Positions 18,454 through 29,205 of a DNA stretch of 64,000 nucleotides are shown one piece after another. Under the pieces are notes generated by a model, which was given only the letters and a program-made list of their open reading frames with translations, made no database searches and was not told the DNA's origin. The position numbers and the translations under genes are program-made. The stretch comes from an uncultured virus (IMG/VR IMGVR_UViG_3300032255_000165) (taxonomy: Duplodnaviria; Heunggongvirae; Uroviricota; Caudoviricetes). The first letter of the stretch is position 1, and each line of letters begins with the position of its first letter. The stretch lies in the IMG/VR virus record IMGVR_UViG_3300032255_000165; one strand, written 5' to 3'.

Positions 18454-18537
18454 AATATAGTTGGTGGGAAGTGACCAACCCAAAAATTGGCCTGACAGTC
18501 GGGAAAGACCGACACCTTTAACCCTTAAATCGGATAA

Positions 18538-18957
18538 ATGATTTTGTCATACGCAACACCAGCCCATTTAAAAGAACGATTTAAAGACACTGAATTGGTG
18601 GACTTGACCAATGCCAATGACCCGACGGCCACGGTCGTTGATGATACGGTTTTACAAATTGCCTTGGAAGATGCAGCCGCCGAAATTGACGCCATTTTAA
18701 CAAGGCGTTACACAACACCATTATCCAATCCGCCCGCCGTATTGATTAAAATTTCCTGTGATATTGCCCGCTACAATCTTTATTCCGGACAAAGTACCGA
18801 AGAAGTTGAAACCCGTTATAAAAACGCAAGCAAGCTTTTAAAACAAATTGCCGATGGTGTTATTGATCTAGGTATCAATTCCGGTACCACCGATAGCCCG
18901 GCCTTTAATAAACCCGCATCTATTTTTTCAATTGGTATGATGGGCCGCCGGACATGA
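18538..18957 (+). CDS. Mu gp36-like (DUF1320) head-tail connector
   Basis: YAT...ALEDAAAEID...RY..PL...CDIARYNLY. Confidence 0.87.
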   Translation: MILSYATPAHLKERFKDTELVDLTNANDPTATVVDDTVLQIALEDAAAEIDAILTRRYTTPLSNPPAVLIKISCDIARYNLYSGQSTEEVETRYKNASKLLKQIADGVIDLGINSGTTDSPAFNKPASIFSIGMMGRRT

Positions 18958-19442
18958 GCGCATCCATTAAAGTTGACATTACCAAACTTGGCCGCCTGTC
19001 ACAGCGTGTGCAAAAGTTTTTAAACGATGCCACGGATAAAGACGTGATGTTGGACGCCATTGGTGTTGCTTTGGTTTCCAACGTGCAAACCCGGTTTGAA
19101 CAAGGCCGTGGTCCCGATGGCCAACCGTGGGCACCGGTCAAACGGGGCGGTAGCCCGCTGGTCGATAGCGGCCTGATGCGTGATTCCATGACTTATGATG
19201 TCAATGGCTCAACCGTGCGTGTGGGAACAAATAGAATTCAAGCAAAAACCCATCAATTTGGCGCAACAATTAAACCCAAAAAAGCCAAAGTGTTGGCATT
19301 CACCGTCAAAGGCAAAGCCGTTTTTGCCAAACAAGTAACAATCCCGGCACGGCCATTTTTGGGCATCAATAAAGACGACATCAATTCAATTCGCGGCACC
19401 ATTGCCGATCATATGTTGGCCAGCCACCGGGGGGCATATTAA
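18954..19442 (+). CDS. phage virion morphogenesis protein (Mu gpG/tail S family)
   Basis: RFEQGRGPDGQPW, VGTN, HQFG, IPARPFLG. Confidence 0.88.
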   Translation: MSASIKVDITKLGRLSQRVQKFLNDATDKDVMLDAIGVALVSNVQTRFEQGRGPDGQPWAPVKRGGSPLVDSGLMRDSMTYDVNGSTVRVGTNRIQAKTHQFGATIKPKKAKVLAFTVKGKAVFAKQVTIPARPFLGINKDDINSIRGTIADHMLASHRGAY

Positions 19443-19445
19443 ATC

Positions 19446-20057
19446 ATGACTATAGCCGCCCTTGAAACCGCAATTAAAAAAGCCTTGACCGATGCCGCAA
19501 CGGCCAAGCAGCTAAAAATTCACATTGACGCATATGGCGGGCAATTGGACGAAGCCAAACTTGAAGCCATCGCGCAAAGTTGCCCGGCCGTGTGGGTGGT
19601 GATTTCTGGCCTAACGTTAAAACGTAAAATGAACGTCGGCGGTGAATACGAAGTGACAGCTTCGGTGTTATGTGCAAGCAATTCATTAGACGATGACATG
19701 GCCCGCCAAGGCGGCCGTGGTGGCCGCCATATCGGGGCCTATAATTTAATCAATTTTGTTTATTCGGCCCTGTCGGCTTTTCATGGCCATGACGCTACTG
19801 GCCAACCCATTTTGTCACAACCGTTAAAAGCCACCGGCATCAATAATTTATTTAACGCTAAAACCCGCCGCAATTATTTGGCCGTGTACGCCATCCCGTT
19901 TACGGGCCGCCTGATTTGGTTACCCGATGAACCCATTGATGCAAATTTGGACGACTTCACAGATATTCAAAGCCATTCCACACCGGCCGATGCCGTTAAC
20001 GGCGGCATTGATACACCCAATATTGAAACCGCAATCGCGCAAAAGGAAACGCCATAA
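19446..20057 (+). CDS. Mu gp37-like (DUF1834) tail terminator
   Basis: YGGQLD...CPAVWV motif; synteny. Confidence 0.75.
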   Translation: MTIAALETAIKKALTDAATAKQLKIHIDAYGGQLDEAKLEAIAQSCPAVWVVISGLTLKRKMNVGGEYEVTASVLCASNSLDDDMARQGGRGGRHIGAYNLINFVYSALSAFHGHDATGQPILSQPLKATGINNLFNAKTRRNYLAVYAIPFTGRLIWLPDEPIDANLDDFTDIQSHSTPADAVNGGIDTPNIETAIAQKETP

Positions 20058-20239
20058 TGCCAAACAAAATTTTCTTAACGCCAAAACCCGGAATGACTAT
20101 TCCCAATCCCGATGATGGCCAACCGATCACCGACGGCGGGATGTATGTTCCCAATTCCCGGTTTTATCGCAATTACGTCAAACGCGGTGAAGCCGTCATT
20201 TCAAAACCACCCAAGCCAGCAAAAAGCACAGATAAATAA
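20057..20239 (+). CDS. Mu gp38-like (DUF2635) protein
   Basis: PKPGMTIPNPDDG...VPNSRFYRNYVKRGE; precedes the sheath. Confidence 0.75.
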   Translation: MPNKIFLTPKPGMTIPNPDDGQPITDGGMYVPNSRFYRNYVKRGEAVISKPPKPAKSTDK

Positions 20240-20279
20240 TTTTTTAAATCATCCAAACCCATGGATCAGGAGTAACACC

Positions 20280-21761
20280 ATGCCACCCATTAGTTTTAAT
20301 CAAGTGCCGTTGGATATTTTTAGCCCCGGCATCTATATGGAAATTGACCCGAGCCTTTCCAAAACAGGGTTGCCCATTTTTAAACAACGTATTGTCCTAA
20401 TGGGGCAAATGGGCACGGCTGCACAAGCCACCGCCGGGCAAATGGACATGATCATCACCGCCGCCGAAGCCAAAACCCGCTACGGTGCGGATAGCATGCT
20501 TTATGCCATGGTCAAATCATTACGCGCTGTAAACCCATACCAAGAATTGCTTGTTGTACCCTTGGCTGATAACCCCGCCGGTGTGGCCGCCATCGGCACT
20601 ATTACAATTACCGGAACGGCAACGGCAAGCAGTACGCAACCTATTTATATTGGCGATAAACGTTATCAAATCGGTATTACATCCGGTGAACTGGCCGCAT
20701 CCGTCGCCGGGCGTTTGGTTACACTCATTAACAATGACCTGGAATCAATCGTTGTTGCCAATAACGTGGGGGCCGCGATTACATTAACCTGTAAATGGAA
20801 AGGCGAAACCGGCAACGATATTTCCCTACTGGACCGCTTTTACAAAGACGATTACGGAACCCGTGGCATAACATTTGCCGTTGTCGCCATGTCCGGTGGC
20901 GCGGGAAATCCTGACATCACACTTGGCCTAGATGCCTTGGATGATTTAACACAATACCAAGCTTATGCTATTCCCTACACCGATACCGTTAACCTTGATT
21001 TGTTACGCACCGAATTAGATGACCGATGGGGGCCATTACGTGCTATGGATGGCCGCGTCTATACCGGAAAGCGCGAAGGTGTCGCCGCATTAACGACACA
21101 CGTGCTTTCCAGAAATGATCAAAATTACATTTGCATGGATACCGACGAAGACGCCGCCACACCACCGTGGCAATGGGCCGCATCCGTCGCCGGGACTGCT
21201 TCATTTTATGGTGCCATCGACCCGGGCCGCCCATTTCAAACATTGGAATTAATCGGCATCATGGGCGCACCCGAAGGCCAACGCCGTTTAAGTGCCGAAC
21301 GCGAAACCTTGCTTAGAAATGGCTGTTCAACCAACATTATCGGTGATGATGGCAAGGTCCGCATTCACCGCGCGGTGACAAGTTACAACCTCAACGAAGC
21401 CGGTGCCGAAGACCAAGCTTATAAATCGTTAAACACAGTGATGCTCATGTCTTATTATCGGCGGTCCGTGATTAATCGTTTTCAACTTAAATATCCGCGC
21501 CACAAATTGGCCGTATCAGGTCACCCGGCGGCTGGCTTGTCATCAAACATTATCACACCTGAAACCGGTATTGCGGAATTTTTAGCCCATTACAAACTAA
21601 TGATGGACCGTGGTTTGATGGATGATTTTGATGGTTACAAACAAGACATCATTGCCAATAAAAATGCCGACATGCGCGGCCGCTTGGATGTTTTTGACCG
21701 CCCCCGGCCCATTGACCAATTCCATCAATTGGCCGTCCGCGCCGCTTTTAAATTAATTTAG
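20280..21761 (+). CDS. contractile tail sheath protein (Mu gpL-like)
   Basis: FNQVP...PGIYMEID, KWKGETGN, DPGRPFQTL, KYPRHKLA; AGGAG RBS. Confidence 0.92.
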   Translation: MPPISFNQVPLDIFSPGIYMEIDPSLSKTGLPIFKQRIVLMGQMGTAAQATAGQMDMIITAAEAKTRYGADSMLYAMVKSLRAVNPYQELLVVPLADNPAGVAAIGTITITGTATASSTQPIYIGDKRYQIGITSGELAASVAGRLVTLINNDLESIVVANNVGAAITLTCKWKGETGNDISLLDRFYKDDYGTRGITFAVVAMSGGAGNPDITLGLDALDDLTQYQAYAIPYTDTVNLDLLRTELDDRWGPLRAMDGRVYTGKREGVAALTTHVLSRNDQNYICMDTDEDAATPPWQWAASVAGTASFYGAIDPGRPFQTLELIGIMGAPEGQRRLSAERETLLRNGCSTNIIGDDGKVRIHRAVTSYNLNEAGAEDQAYKSLNTVMLMSYYRRSVINRFQLKYPRHKLAVSGHPAAGLSSNIITPETGIAEFLAHYKLMMDRGLMDDFDGYKQDIIANKNADMRGRLDVFDRPRPIDQFHQLAVRAAFKLI

Positions 21762-21778
21762 AATAAGGAAATAAACAA

Positions 21779-22144
21779 ATGGCACAAATTAATGGTACAG
21801 CCGTCATTACAGTGGATGGCCAAGAATTACAAAGCGAAGGCGGGTCTATTAATTTCACACCCGGGTTCACAGTTGGCAAAGGACGTATGGGGCCACGCGG
21901 TTGGGCGGGGTCAAGTTCCGTTCCCAACAAATCAACAATGTCTTGCGACATTATCCCGATTGTCGGCATTGATCTTAAATCCATGGCACAAAATAAAACC
22001 CTGACTGCCCGCGTATCGGATGTGGATACAGGGGACGAATGGATCATACCCGAAATGGTCATGGTCGAAGACCCCGGCTTCACCGACGGTGAAAGTTCAA
22101 AATGGGCGATATCATTTGAAGGCGCAGAGGCGGAAAAAGTATAA
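21779..22144 (+). CDS. tail tube protein
   Basis: Size and position after the sheath; GTAVITVDG...ISFEG. Confidence 0.8.
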   Translation: MAQINGTAVITVDGQELQSEGGSINFTPGFTVGKGRMGPRGWAGSSSVPNKSTMSCDIIPIVGIDLKSMAQNKTLTARVSDVDTGDEWIIPEMVMVEDPGFTDGESSKWAISFEGAEAEKV

Positions 22145-22545
22145 TGGAAAATCATAAATTATTAACACCGGTTTCCCTTGGCAAAAAACATGTGGTCAGT
22201 CTTGATTTGGTAGCATTAACAGCCGGGTCGGCCATCGATGCCGCCACCGATGCGGAAAAGGTGCAAATCACGCTCACTGGTGAAGCCGTAGTGGTCGCAA
22301 GCCCAACTTTGGCCACGGCCGAACGGGTCCGCCGCCAAGTTGAAAAATTATATTTCGGTGATGGTAGCAGTATTTCAGGACCAATGAATTTATCTGATTT
22401 ACGCCGTTTAACGGAACCCGATTACATAGCGTTAATTAATGCCATTGAAATCGTGGATGCGGCATATCTTGAACGCGAAGACCCCAATTCGGGGCGACCT
22501 GAAACCATCGCCGGAAACGATACTAACGGCGGTGGTGATCAATAA
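22144..22545 (+). CDS. tail assembly chaperone (Mu gp41-like) with frameshift extension to 22717
   Basis: Between tube and TMP; GGGGCGA at 22491-22497; overlapping frame open to 22717. Confidence 0.75.
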   Translation: MENHKLLTPVSLGKKHVVSLDLVALTAGSAIDAATDAEKVQITLTGEAVVVASPTLATAERVRRQVEKLYFGDGSSISGPMNLSDLRRLTEPDYIALINAIEIVDAAYLEREDPNSGRPETIAGNDTNGGGDQ

Positions 22546-22709
22546 ACGGTGCCCCGGTTATTTGTCGGGGGTGGGGCTTTTAAATTCTGTGGCCGACATT
22601 GAATTACAAATGTTGGGCTTGGCCCGCATATCCCATACGCCAATTAATACCGTGGGCAAGATGCCTATTTGGAAAATAATTAGATACATAAAAAAACTGG
22701 CCAAATTAA

Positions 22710-24680
22710 ATGACTGAATTTTCCGCCAACGTCGAAGTCAACCTAACCGGAGATTTGGCCCGCAATGCCAAAAAATCGGAACGGGCCATCAACCGCATGA
22801 CCACACGTTCAGCCCGTAATTTAAAAAAATTACGGGTGGCATCCGTTGGCCTATCGAACGGCATCAATAAATTGGGCAACCGTTACACCGGTTTAATATC
22901 GGGTGCCGGTTTAGGGATTGCGGCCCGGGGCGTTGCTGATTTTGACCGGCGATTAAAAGACATCGAAGTCCAAGCCGGGCTATCAACGGAAAAAATAGTC
23001 AAACTAAAAACCGCGTTGTTTACAATTGCCCAAGCCAAAGACGTGCGCCTAGACCCGACAAAATTATTAGCGGCCTTTGATGCCATCATTGAAAAAACAG
23101 GTGACTTTGATTTAGCCGCCAACAATTTACGCAACATTGGTTTGGCCATCCGCGCCACCGGTGCCCAAGGTGCCGATATTGGCGCGGTCATTGCCGGGCT
23201 GGCCAAGTTGGATATCACAGCCCCAAAAGAGGTGGCCGAAGCGTTAGAATTGTTAACCGAACAAGGCAAAGCCGGGGCGTTTACCATGCAAAACATGGCC
23301 GCCGAAGCCGGGCCATTATTAGCGGCCATGGCATCCATGGGACAAAAAGGCATGGGTGCTGTTCGCACATTGGGCGCATTGGCCCAAGTTACGCAACAAG
23401 CCACCGACAACGCCGCCGAAACATCAACCGCAATTCAAGGCTTAATTAAAGAAATTGCGGTTAAAGGCAAAGATTTTGAAAAATCTGGCATTACGGTCTT
23501 TGATCAAAAAGCTTTGGCTGAAGGCCGCGAAGAATTTTTAGCCCTTGATAAAATTATTAAATCCATCATCGCCCGAAGCGGTGGCAAACTATCTATTATT
23601 AGCAAAAATTTTGGCGATGAAGCCGTAAAAGCTTTAAAGGTGTCAGTTACAGATTTCAAAAACAACGATCAAACAACAAACCTTGATCAATTCTTAGGCA
23701 TGAATGGCAACACCGGACAATTGTTATTAGATGCCGCCAACAAAGCCACTACGGCCACCGCCGCCATTGAAAGTCTTAACGCCGCCATGCAGCGTATGGC
23801 CAATCAAAATTTAGCCAAGCCCGTTCAAGATTTAGCCGACGCCATCAATTCAATCGAACCTGAAAAACTTAATGAACTTTTTGACATTGCTGGTAAAGGC
23901 GTCGCTGCCGCCGCTGGCATTTGGGCGGTTAATAAAGCTGCCCGTGGTGTCGCCGGTGGTTTCCGTGCGGTGCAAGCTTTCCGTGGCGGTAAAGGCGGGC
24001 GTGGCAAAAACATTGGAAATGCACTAAGTCAAGCCACAGCCCAACCGGTGCTGGTCACCAATTGGCCCGGCGCAAATGGTGGCTCGGACTTTGCCGGGGA
24101 TGGTGGCAAAGGCCGGGGCAAACGCCGCAAATCGTTAACCAGTCGTGGTGGCCGTGGTCGGTTTGGCAAATTAAGCCGTGGTCTTTCAAAACTTGGTAAT
24201 GTAGCAAAACTTGGCAGTCTAGGGCGCGGTCTATCGAACCTTGGCGGCTTGACTAAATTCGCCCGTGTCGGACCGGTGGCCGGTGTTATTGGTGCGGCCA
24301 GTTTAGGCAGCGCCGCGATCCAAGGCGACACCCGGGGCGTTGTCTCATCGGGCGGCATGTTGGCTGGCGGTTTGGCCGGTGCCAAATTAGGTGCCATTGG
24401 CGGTTCCGTTTTTGGACCCGTCGGCACGGCCGTGGGTGGACTGGTTGGTGGTGGCATCGGGGCCTATGCCGGTGAAGAAGCCCTTTCAAGTTTGTTTGAT
24501 TATTTCAAAAGCAATAAGCCAATAGATACCAACGCCGCCAATGCAAAAATGGCCGATGCGTTAGCCAACCATGCTCGAACCTTGGCCGACAACACCAACG
24601 CCTTAAAAGACAAAAATCAAAACCGCCCGTTTCCAACTGGCCATGCCGATATGGGCGGCCTGATGGCGGAAAATCCATGA
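22710..24680 (+). CDS. tail tape measure protein
   Basis: Helical Ala/Gly-rich 656 aa; GKAGAFTMQNMA; QPVLVTNWP. Confidence 0.88.
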   Translation: MTEFSANVEVNLTGDLARNAKKSERAINRMTTRSARNLKKLRVASVGLSNGINKLGNRYTGLISGAGLGIAARGVADFDRRLKDIEVQAGLSTEKIVKLKTALFTIAQAKDVRLDPTKLLAAFDAIIEKTGDFDLAANNLRNIGLAIRATGAQGADIGAVIAGLAKLDITAPKEVAEALELLTEQGKAGAFTMQNMAAEAGPLLAAMASMGQKGMGAVRTLGALAQVTQQATDNAAETSTAIQGLIKEIAVKGKDFEKSGITVFDQKALAEGREEFLALDKIIKSIIARSGGKLSIISKNFGDEAVKALKVSVTDFKNNDQTTNLDQFLGMNGNTGQLLLDAANKATTATAAIESLNAAMQRMANQNLAKPVQDLADAINSIEPEKLNELFDIAGKGVAAAAGIWAVNKAARGVAGGFRAVQAFRGGKGGRGKNIGNALSQATAQPVLVTNWPGANGGSDFAGDGGKGRGKRRKSLTSRGGRGRFGKLSRGLSKLGNVAKLGSLGRGLSNLGGLTKFARVGPVAGVIGAASLGSAAIQGDTRGVVSSGGMLAGGLAGAKLGAIGGSVFGPVGTAVGGLVGGGIGAYAGEEALSSLFDYFKSNKPIDTNAANAKMADALANHARTLADNTNALKDKNQNRPFPTGHADMGGLMAENP

Positions 24681-25960
24681 TTGATTTAGACCTATACCGC
24701 CCGGCATCGTTCCGGGGTGTGCCTTTTCATGTGGCGCGTTCGGGTTACCGGATAAGCCACCGTGTCGATGTCAAAGAATACCCATACCAAGACCAAGGTT
24801 TGGTTACCGATATGGGTTTAAGTGATGACCGCATTGAACTGATCATCTTTGTCATTGGTGATGATTTTATCATCCGACGCACCGCATTAGAAGACGCCTT
24901 TAAAAAAACCGGACCGGGGACCTTGGTCCATCCCACACGCGGTGAAATCCAAGTTCAAATTGAAACGATTAAACAAGATGAAGATTTCAGTGAATTGGGC
25001 GTTGCTGATTATACTGTCACTTTCATCCGTTCAAATTCTGCGATTACACCAACGGCCCAAGTCAATACCCAAGCCGCCGTGGCCACCGCTGCCAAAGCCA
25101 CCGAAACCGCCGCCCCCGCCGCATTTGGTTTTAAATCCCCAACCAACCCCGCCGTTGTCACCGCCGCCGAAAGTGATTTGACAAAATTCACCGATGCGTT
25201 GGCATCCGCATCATCCAAAATCAGCGGGGCCACACCGTCAAAAATTATTTCTGGTATTGACGCCGTTAAATCATTACGCGCATCTATTGCAGGTCCCGTT
25301 AATGCCATCAAAACGGTTAACGGTTTTGCCAATTCCGTCACCAGCGTCACCAATCAATGGTCGAACTTGGCCACAAGTCCCGCATCGGCCTTAAAAATGA
25401 TTGCCGGCGTTTCTTTAAATGGTGGGGTGCGTGGGTTGGTTAATAATGGTTTATATAATCCAAGCGCATCATCGGTGATTAAAACCGCCACCGGTTTTGC
25501 CACCGCGCCTGAATTGTCAAACACGGACAGCCAAGCCAACCGTGATACCATTGCCGAATTATTTGATTTAGGCTTGGCGGTTGATGGATCAAAATTATCC
25601 AGTGAAATCAAATTCAAAACATTACCCGAAGCCATCGCCACCCGCGATGTACTTACCAATCGTTTGGATGAAATCGCATTCACCGAACCGGCCGCCGGTG
25701 TTGACCCCGTAGCCGTTAATCAGTTCCGGTCATCGGTGCGCACGTTACGAAACGCCGTTTACCGTGACATCACCGAACGTGCCAGCGAATTACCCACCAT
25801 GCAAAGCTATATCCCGCAATCAGTCACACCGGCCCGTGTGCTGTCATACCGTTTGACCCAAAACATTGACACCGCCGAAACATTGGCCGCCCGAAACGCC
25901 ATTGCCCATCCATCATTTACGCCCACCGCCACGCCGTTATTTTTTCAAGTGAAGGCCTAA
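24677..25960 (+). CDS. DNA circularization protein N (Mu gp43-like)
   Basis: ASFRGVPFHV, EYPY, PGTLVHP, RNAIAHPSF. Confidence 0.88.
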   Translation: MIDLDLYRPASFRGVPFHVARSGYRISHRVDVKEYPYQDQGLVTDMGLSDDRIELIIFVIGDDFIIRRTALEDAFKKTGPGTLVHPTRGEIQVQIETIKQDEDFSELGVADYTVTFIRSNSAITPTAQVNTQAAVATAAKATETAAPAAFGFKSPTNPAVVTAAESDLTKFTDALASASSKISGATPSKIISGIDAVKSLRASIAGPVNAIKTVNGFANSVTSVTNQWSNLATSPASALKMIAGVSLNGGVRGLVNNGLYNPSASSVIKTATGFATAPELSNTDSQANRDTIAELFDLGLAVDGSKLSSEIKFKTLPEAIATRDVLTNRLDEIAFTEPAAGVDPVAVNQFRSSVRTLRNAVYRDITERASELPTMQSYIPQSVTPARVLSYRLTQNIDTAETLAARNAIAHPSFTPTATPLFFQVKA

Positions 25961-25964
25961 GTAA

Positions 25965-27023
25965 ATGTCTGAAATAACCCTATTGGTCAACAATTTAAAA
26001 TGGCTAGGCTGGCAAGACGCCACCGTCACCCGGTCTATTGAAAGCGTGTTCGGTCAATTTAGTTTAAAATTAACGCGCGGGTGGCCATCGCCCAATACCG
26101 CCGCCGTGCCGCCTATTAAAAAAGGCGACAATTGCCAATTATTATTGGGTGGTGAAAAAGTCATCACCGGTTACATAAACAATATTGATTTAGAAGCCAC
26201 GGCCGACGGTTTCACATTAACTGTTTCCGGCCGCGATAAAACCGCCTTGTTATTCAAAGGCGACGTATTAAACGACCCGGCCGAATGGAAAAATGTGGAC
26301 GCTTTAAAAATTGCAAATGACATTTGCGCCCCCTTTGATATTTCCGTTTCCAACACTGCCCCCGTTGGCCAAGTTTTTGAAAAGTTCACAGTCACACCGG
26401 GTGAGTCCGCCAACGAAGCCATCAAACGGTTATGCCGCCACCGTGGGCTTTATCATTATGCCGACATCAACGGCAATTTGATCTTGGCCAATGCCACGGC
26501 CGCCACCCGTGCCGCCGGGTCGATAAGTTTTGGCAAAAACGGCAACGCTTTTTCGTCACGGTTTTCAAACGGTTTAGAAAATCAAAACAGCCAATACATT
26601 GTTCGCAATCAATCGGCCGGTGCCAATTGGGGGGCCAACGAACATAGCAAAATTACCGCCACCGTTAGCGACCCAACCGTTAAACAATACAGCCCTAAAA
26701 TTATCATTCCCGATGAACCGGGCGATATCGAAGCCGCCAAAAAATTGGCCACACACACCGCATCATTAGCCGCTGGTCAATCCCGGCAAAACACTTTTGG
26801 AATTGCTGGATGGCGACAATCCACCGGCGGTCCGTTATGGGGCATTCATCAAACGTGCGAAGTCCGTGATGATATTAGCGGCCTAAACGATTTAATGATG
26901 ATCAAACGCTGTGTCTTTACCGTTAAAGCCAACCAATCTGAAACCGTTGATCTAACGGTTGTTGACCCATCGGCCTATCAATTAATTGCTGTTCCAGAAA
27001 AAAGCAAAGGCGGCTGGTCATGA
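25965..27023 (+). CDS. baseplate hub (Mu gp44-like)
   Basis: GWQDATVTRSIE, VITGYI, SGRDKT, GWRQ. Confidence 0.87.
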   Translation: MSEITLLVNNLKWLGWQDATVTRSIESVFGQFSLKLTRGWPSPNTAAVPPIKKGDNCQLLLGGEKVITGYINNIDLEATADGFTLTVSGRDKTALLFKGDVLNDPAEWKNVDALKIANDICAPFDISVSNTAPVGQVFEKFTVTPGESANEAIKRLCRHRGLYHYADINGNLILANATAATRAAGSISFGKNGNAFSSRFSNGLENQNSQYIVRNQSAGANWGANEHSKITATVSDPTVKQYSPKIIIPDEPGDIEAAKKLATHTASLAAGQSRQNTFGIAGWRQSTGGPLWGIHQTCEVRDDISGLNDLMMIKRCVFTVKANQSETVDLTVVDPSAYQLIAVPEKSKGGWS

Positions 27024-27625
27024 CGTTACGGGAACTCAAAGAACAATTAAGAACTTCATTAAATTCAATTCGTGTACGCATGCGTCTAATGTTTACACGC
27101 GGCACTTTAACGGTGGTTCATGTCGCCCCGGCCGGGAAAATGCAAACCATCCAAGTCACAGGTTTGGCAGGCGAAACATCGGACAATATCGAACACGCGC
27201 AAAATTATGGGCTGTCGACTAGCCCCATGCCCGGTGCCGAACCTTTCATGAATGCCATTTTGGGACAACGCGGGCAATTAGTGGCCATCGCCATTTGTGA
27301 CCCGCGCCTTGAACCCACAAACCGCAAACCGGGCGAAGTTGATGTATGGTCCGTTCACGGCCAAATCATTAAATTACGGGCCGATGGTGGCATGACAATA
27401 AACGCTCCTGGCAACATCGACATGACCGGGGAAAATATCACCATCAACGCCCGTCAAAAACTGGAATTCAAAGCCAAAGTTATTTTGGGCCGTGCGACAG
27501 ATTTATATCAATATGGCACGAATGGATTTGGCTATAACATGTTCCAAACCTATATTGATAATTACACAATCGGTCAAACCCCCGGCACGACTTTCCCAAT
27601 CTCACCGCCCGAGGTGCCTGAATGA
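27020..27625 (+). CDS. baseplate spike (Mu gp45/gpV-like)
   Basis: QTIQVTGLAGE...EHAQNYG...PGAE...GEV. Confidence 0.85.
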   Translation: MTLRELKEQLRTSLNSIRVRMRLMFTRGTLTVVHVAPAGKMQTIQVTGLAGETSDNIEHAQNYGLSTSPMPGAEPFMNAILGQRGQLVAIAICDPRLEPTNRKPGEVDVWSVHGQIIKLRADGGMTINAPGNIDMTGENITINARQKLEFKAKVILGRATDLYQYGTNGFGYNMFQTYIDNYTIGQTPGTTFPISPPEVPE

Positions 27626-28107
27626 CCAAAGATTTTGCATTTACTAATACTGACGGTTCCGGCTTTGACTTTGCCCACGATGGCACAGATTTGGTGCTTG
27701 GTGATGAACTTGAAACCGCCCTTATTCATTCGTTGTTTCGTGACGGCCGCGCCCCCGATGATTTAATCAAACCCGGCGATGATCCCCGTGGCCATTGGTC
27801 AACAAATTTAACCGATGATGCCCCGGACGGTTCATTATTGTGGTTGTTACAACGCGAAAAAATCACACCCGACATGCCCGCCCGGGTGGCCGATATTTTA
27901 AAAAACGCATGCCTTTGGATGGTTGGCGGCCGGGACGGTGGTTTTGATTATGTCACCGGCGTTGATGCCAATTGCCAAAAAGCCGCCACCCGGGGCCGCA
28001 TCGAAGGCACCCTTACCATTCTTTTATCCACGGCCCCGTTTAATCGCCGGTTTAACATCGTTTATGACGATATTAGTAACCAATATCAGTTTAAGGAAAT
28101 CCAATAA
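27622..28107 (+). CDS. Mu gp46-like baseplate protein
   Basis: LETALIHSLF.D.RA...RGHW...GSLLWLLQREK. Confidence 0.87.
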   Translation: MTKDFAFTNTDGSGFDFAHDGTDLVLGDELETALIHSLFRDGRAPDDLIKPGDDPRGHWSTNLTDDAPDGSLLWLLQREKITPDMPARVADILKNACLWMVGGRDGGFDYVTGVDANCQKAATRGRIEGTLTILLSTAPFNRRFNIVYDDISNQYQFKEIQ

Positions 28108-29195
28108 TGGGCTTTGAAAAAACACCTTTAACAGACCGTGAACAACGATTGCGTGACGGCATGGCCACGCGTTTGGGTTTAACCACGACCCCCGGCCGGG
28201 CAAGCAATTTGGCCGCATTGTCCGCCGAAGTTGCCGCCGAAGTTGACGACGCGCACACCCACATTTTGTATCAAGCCCAACAAATCCATTCAACCACGGC
28301 CGCCGAAGAAAACCTGATTATCAAAGCCCGTAATTATGGACTGATTCGAAAACCCGCCCAATCCGCTACCGGTCAAATCACATTCACTGGTACCGATGGC
28401 GCAACCGTTGCGGCCGCTACCATCATCCGTCATGGCGATGGCCGCGAATACCTAACCGATAGTGAAATTAACATTTTAAATGGTGTTGGCGCGGTTAATG
28501 TGACCGCATCGATGCCGGGCATTGTCGGTAATTTAGCATTGAATGAAAACCTATCATTAATCAATCCCATTGCTGGTATTCAAAGCACGGCCACCACAAC
28601 GGCCATCATCACCGGTGGTACTGATTTAGAAGAAATCGAAGCGTTCCGAACCCGCGTTTTATTCCGCCAATCATTCCCGCCACAAGCCGGTCATGGCTCT
28701 GATTACGTGGTTTGGGCCACCGATGTGCCGGGCGTCATCGCCGCATGGCATTCTGATAAAGAAATGGGATTGGGTACCGTTACCGTGCGTTTTTCATCTG
28801 ATGATGCATTCGGCGGCCCCATCCCCACCGAAGCTTTACGCCAAGCCGTCGAAGACCATATTGAAAGCCATATCAACCCCATCACCAATCAATTAACCGG
28901 ACGGCCCGGTGGAATAGATGTGTTTGTTGTCGCCCCAACGGCCAAAATAATTGATTTAGTTTTTGAAGTTTTGACCCCAGCCGACGCCACAACATTGGCC
29001 AATATCGCAACCGGGGTGAATGAAATGTTGCGGGCCAAAGCCACCCCCGGTGCCACGATTTATAAAGATTGGATTGATGAAGCCATTTCCCAAGCCGTTG
29101 GTGAAAACAATCATAAACTAACCAGCCCTGCCGATAACGTTGTTTGCACCATCAACGAACTTGCCATTTTTGGCACAATCACCCCGCCGGTTTAA
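28107..29195 (+). CDS. baseplate J (Mu gp47-like)
   Basis: ATGQITFTG, GGTDLE, DYVVWA, GTVTV. Confidence 0.88.
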   Translation: MGFEKTPLTDREQRLRDGMATRLGLTTTPGRASNLAALSAEVAAEVDDAHTHILYQAQQIHSTTAAEENLIIKARNYGLIRKPAQSATGQITFTGTDGATVAAATIIRHGDGREYLTDSEINILNGVGAVNVTASMPGIVGNLALNENLSLINPIAGIQSTATTTAIITGGTDLEEIEAFRTRVLFRQSFPPQAGHGSDYVVWATDVPGVIAAWHSDKEMGLGTVTVRFSSDDAFGGPIPTEALRQAVEDHIESHINPITNQLTGRPGGIDVFVVAPTAKIIDLVFEVLTPADATTLANIATGVNEMLRAKATPGATIYKDWIDEAISQAVGENNHKLTSPADNVVCTINELAIFGTITPPV

Positions 29196-29205
29196 GGATA
29201 AAATC

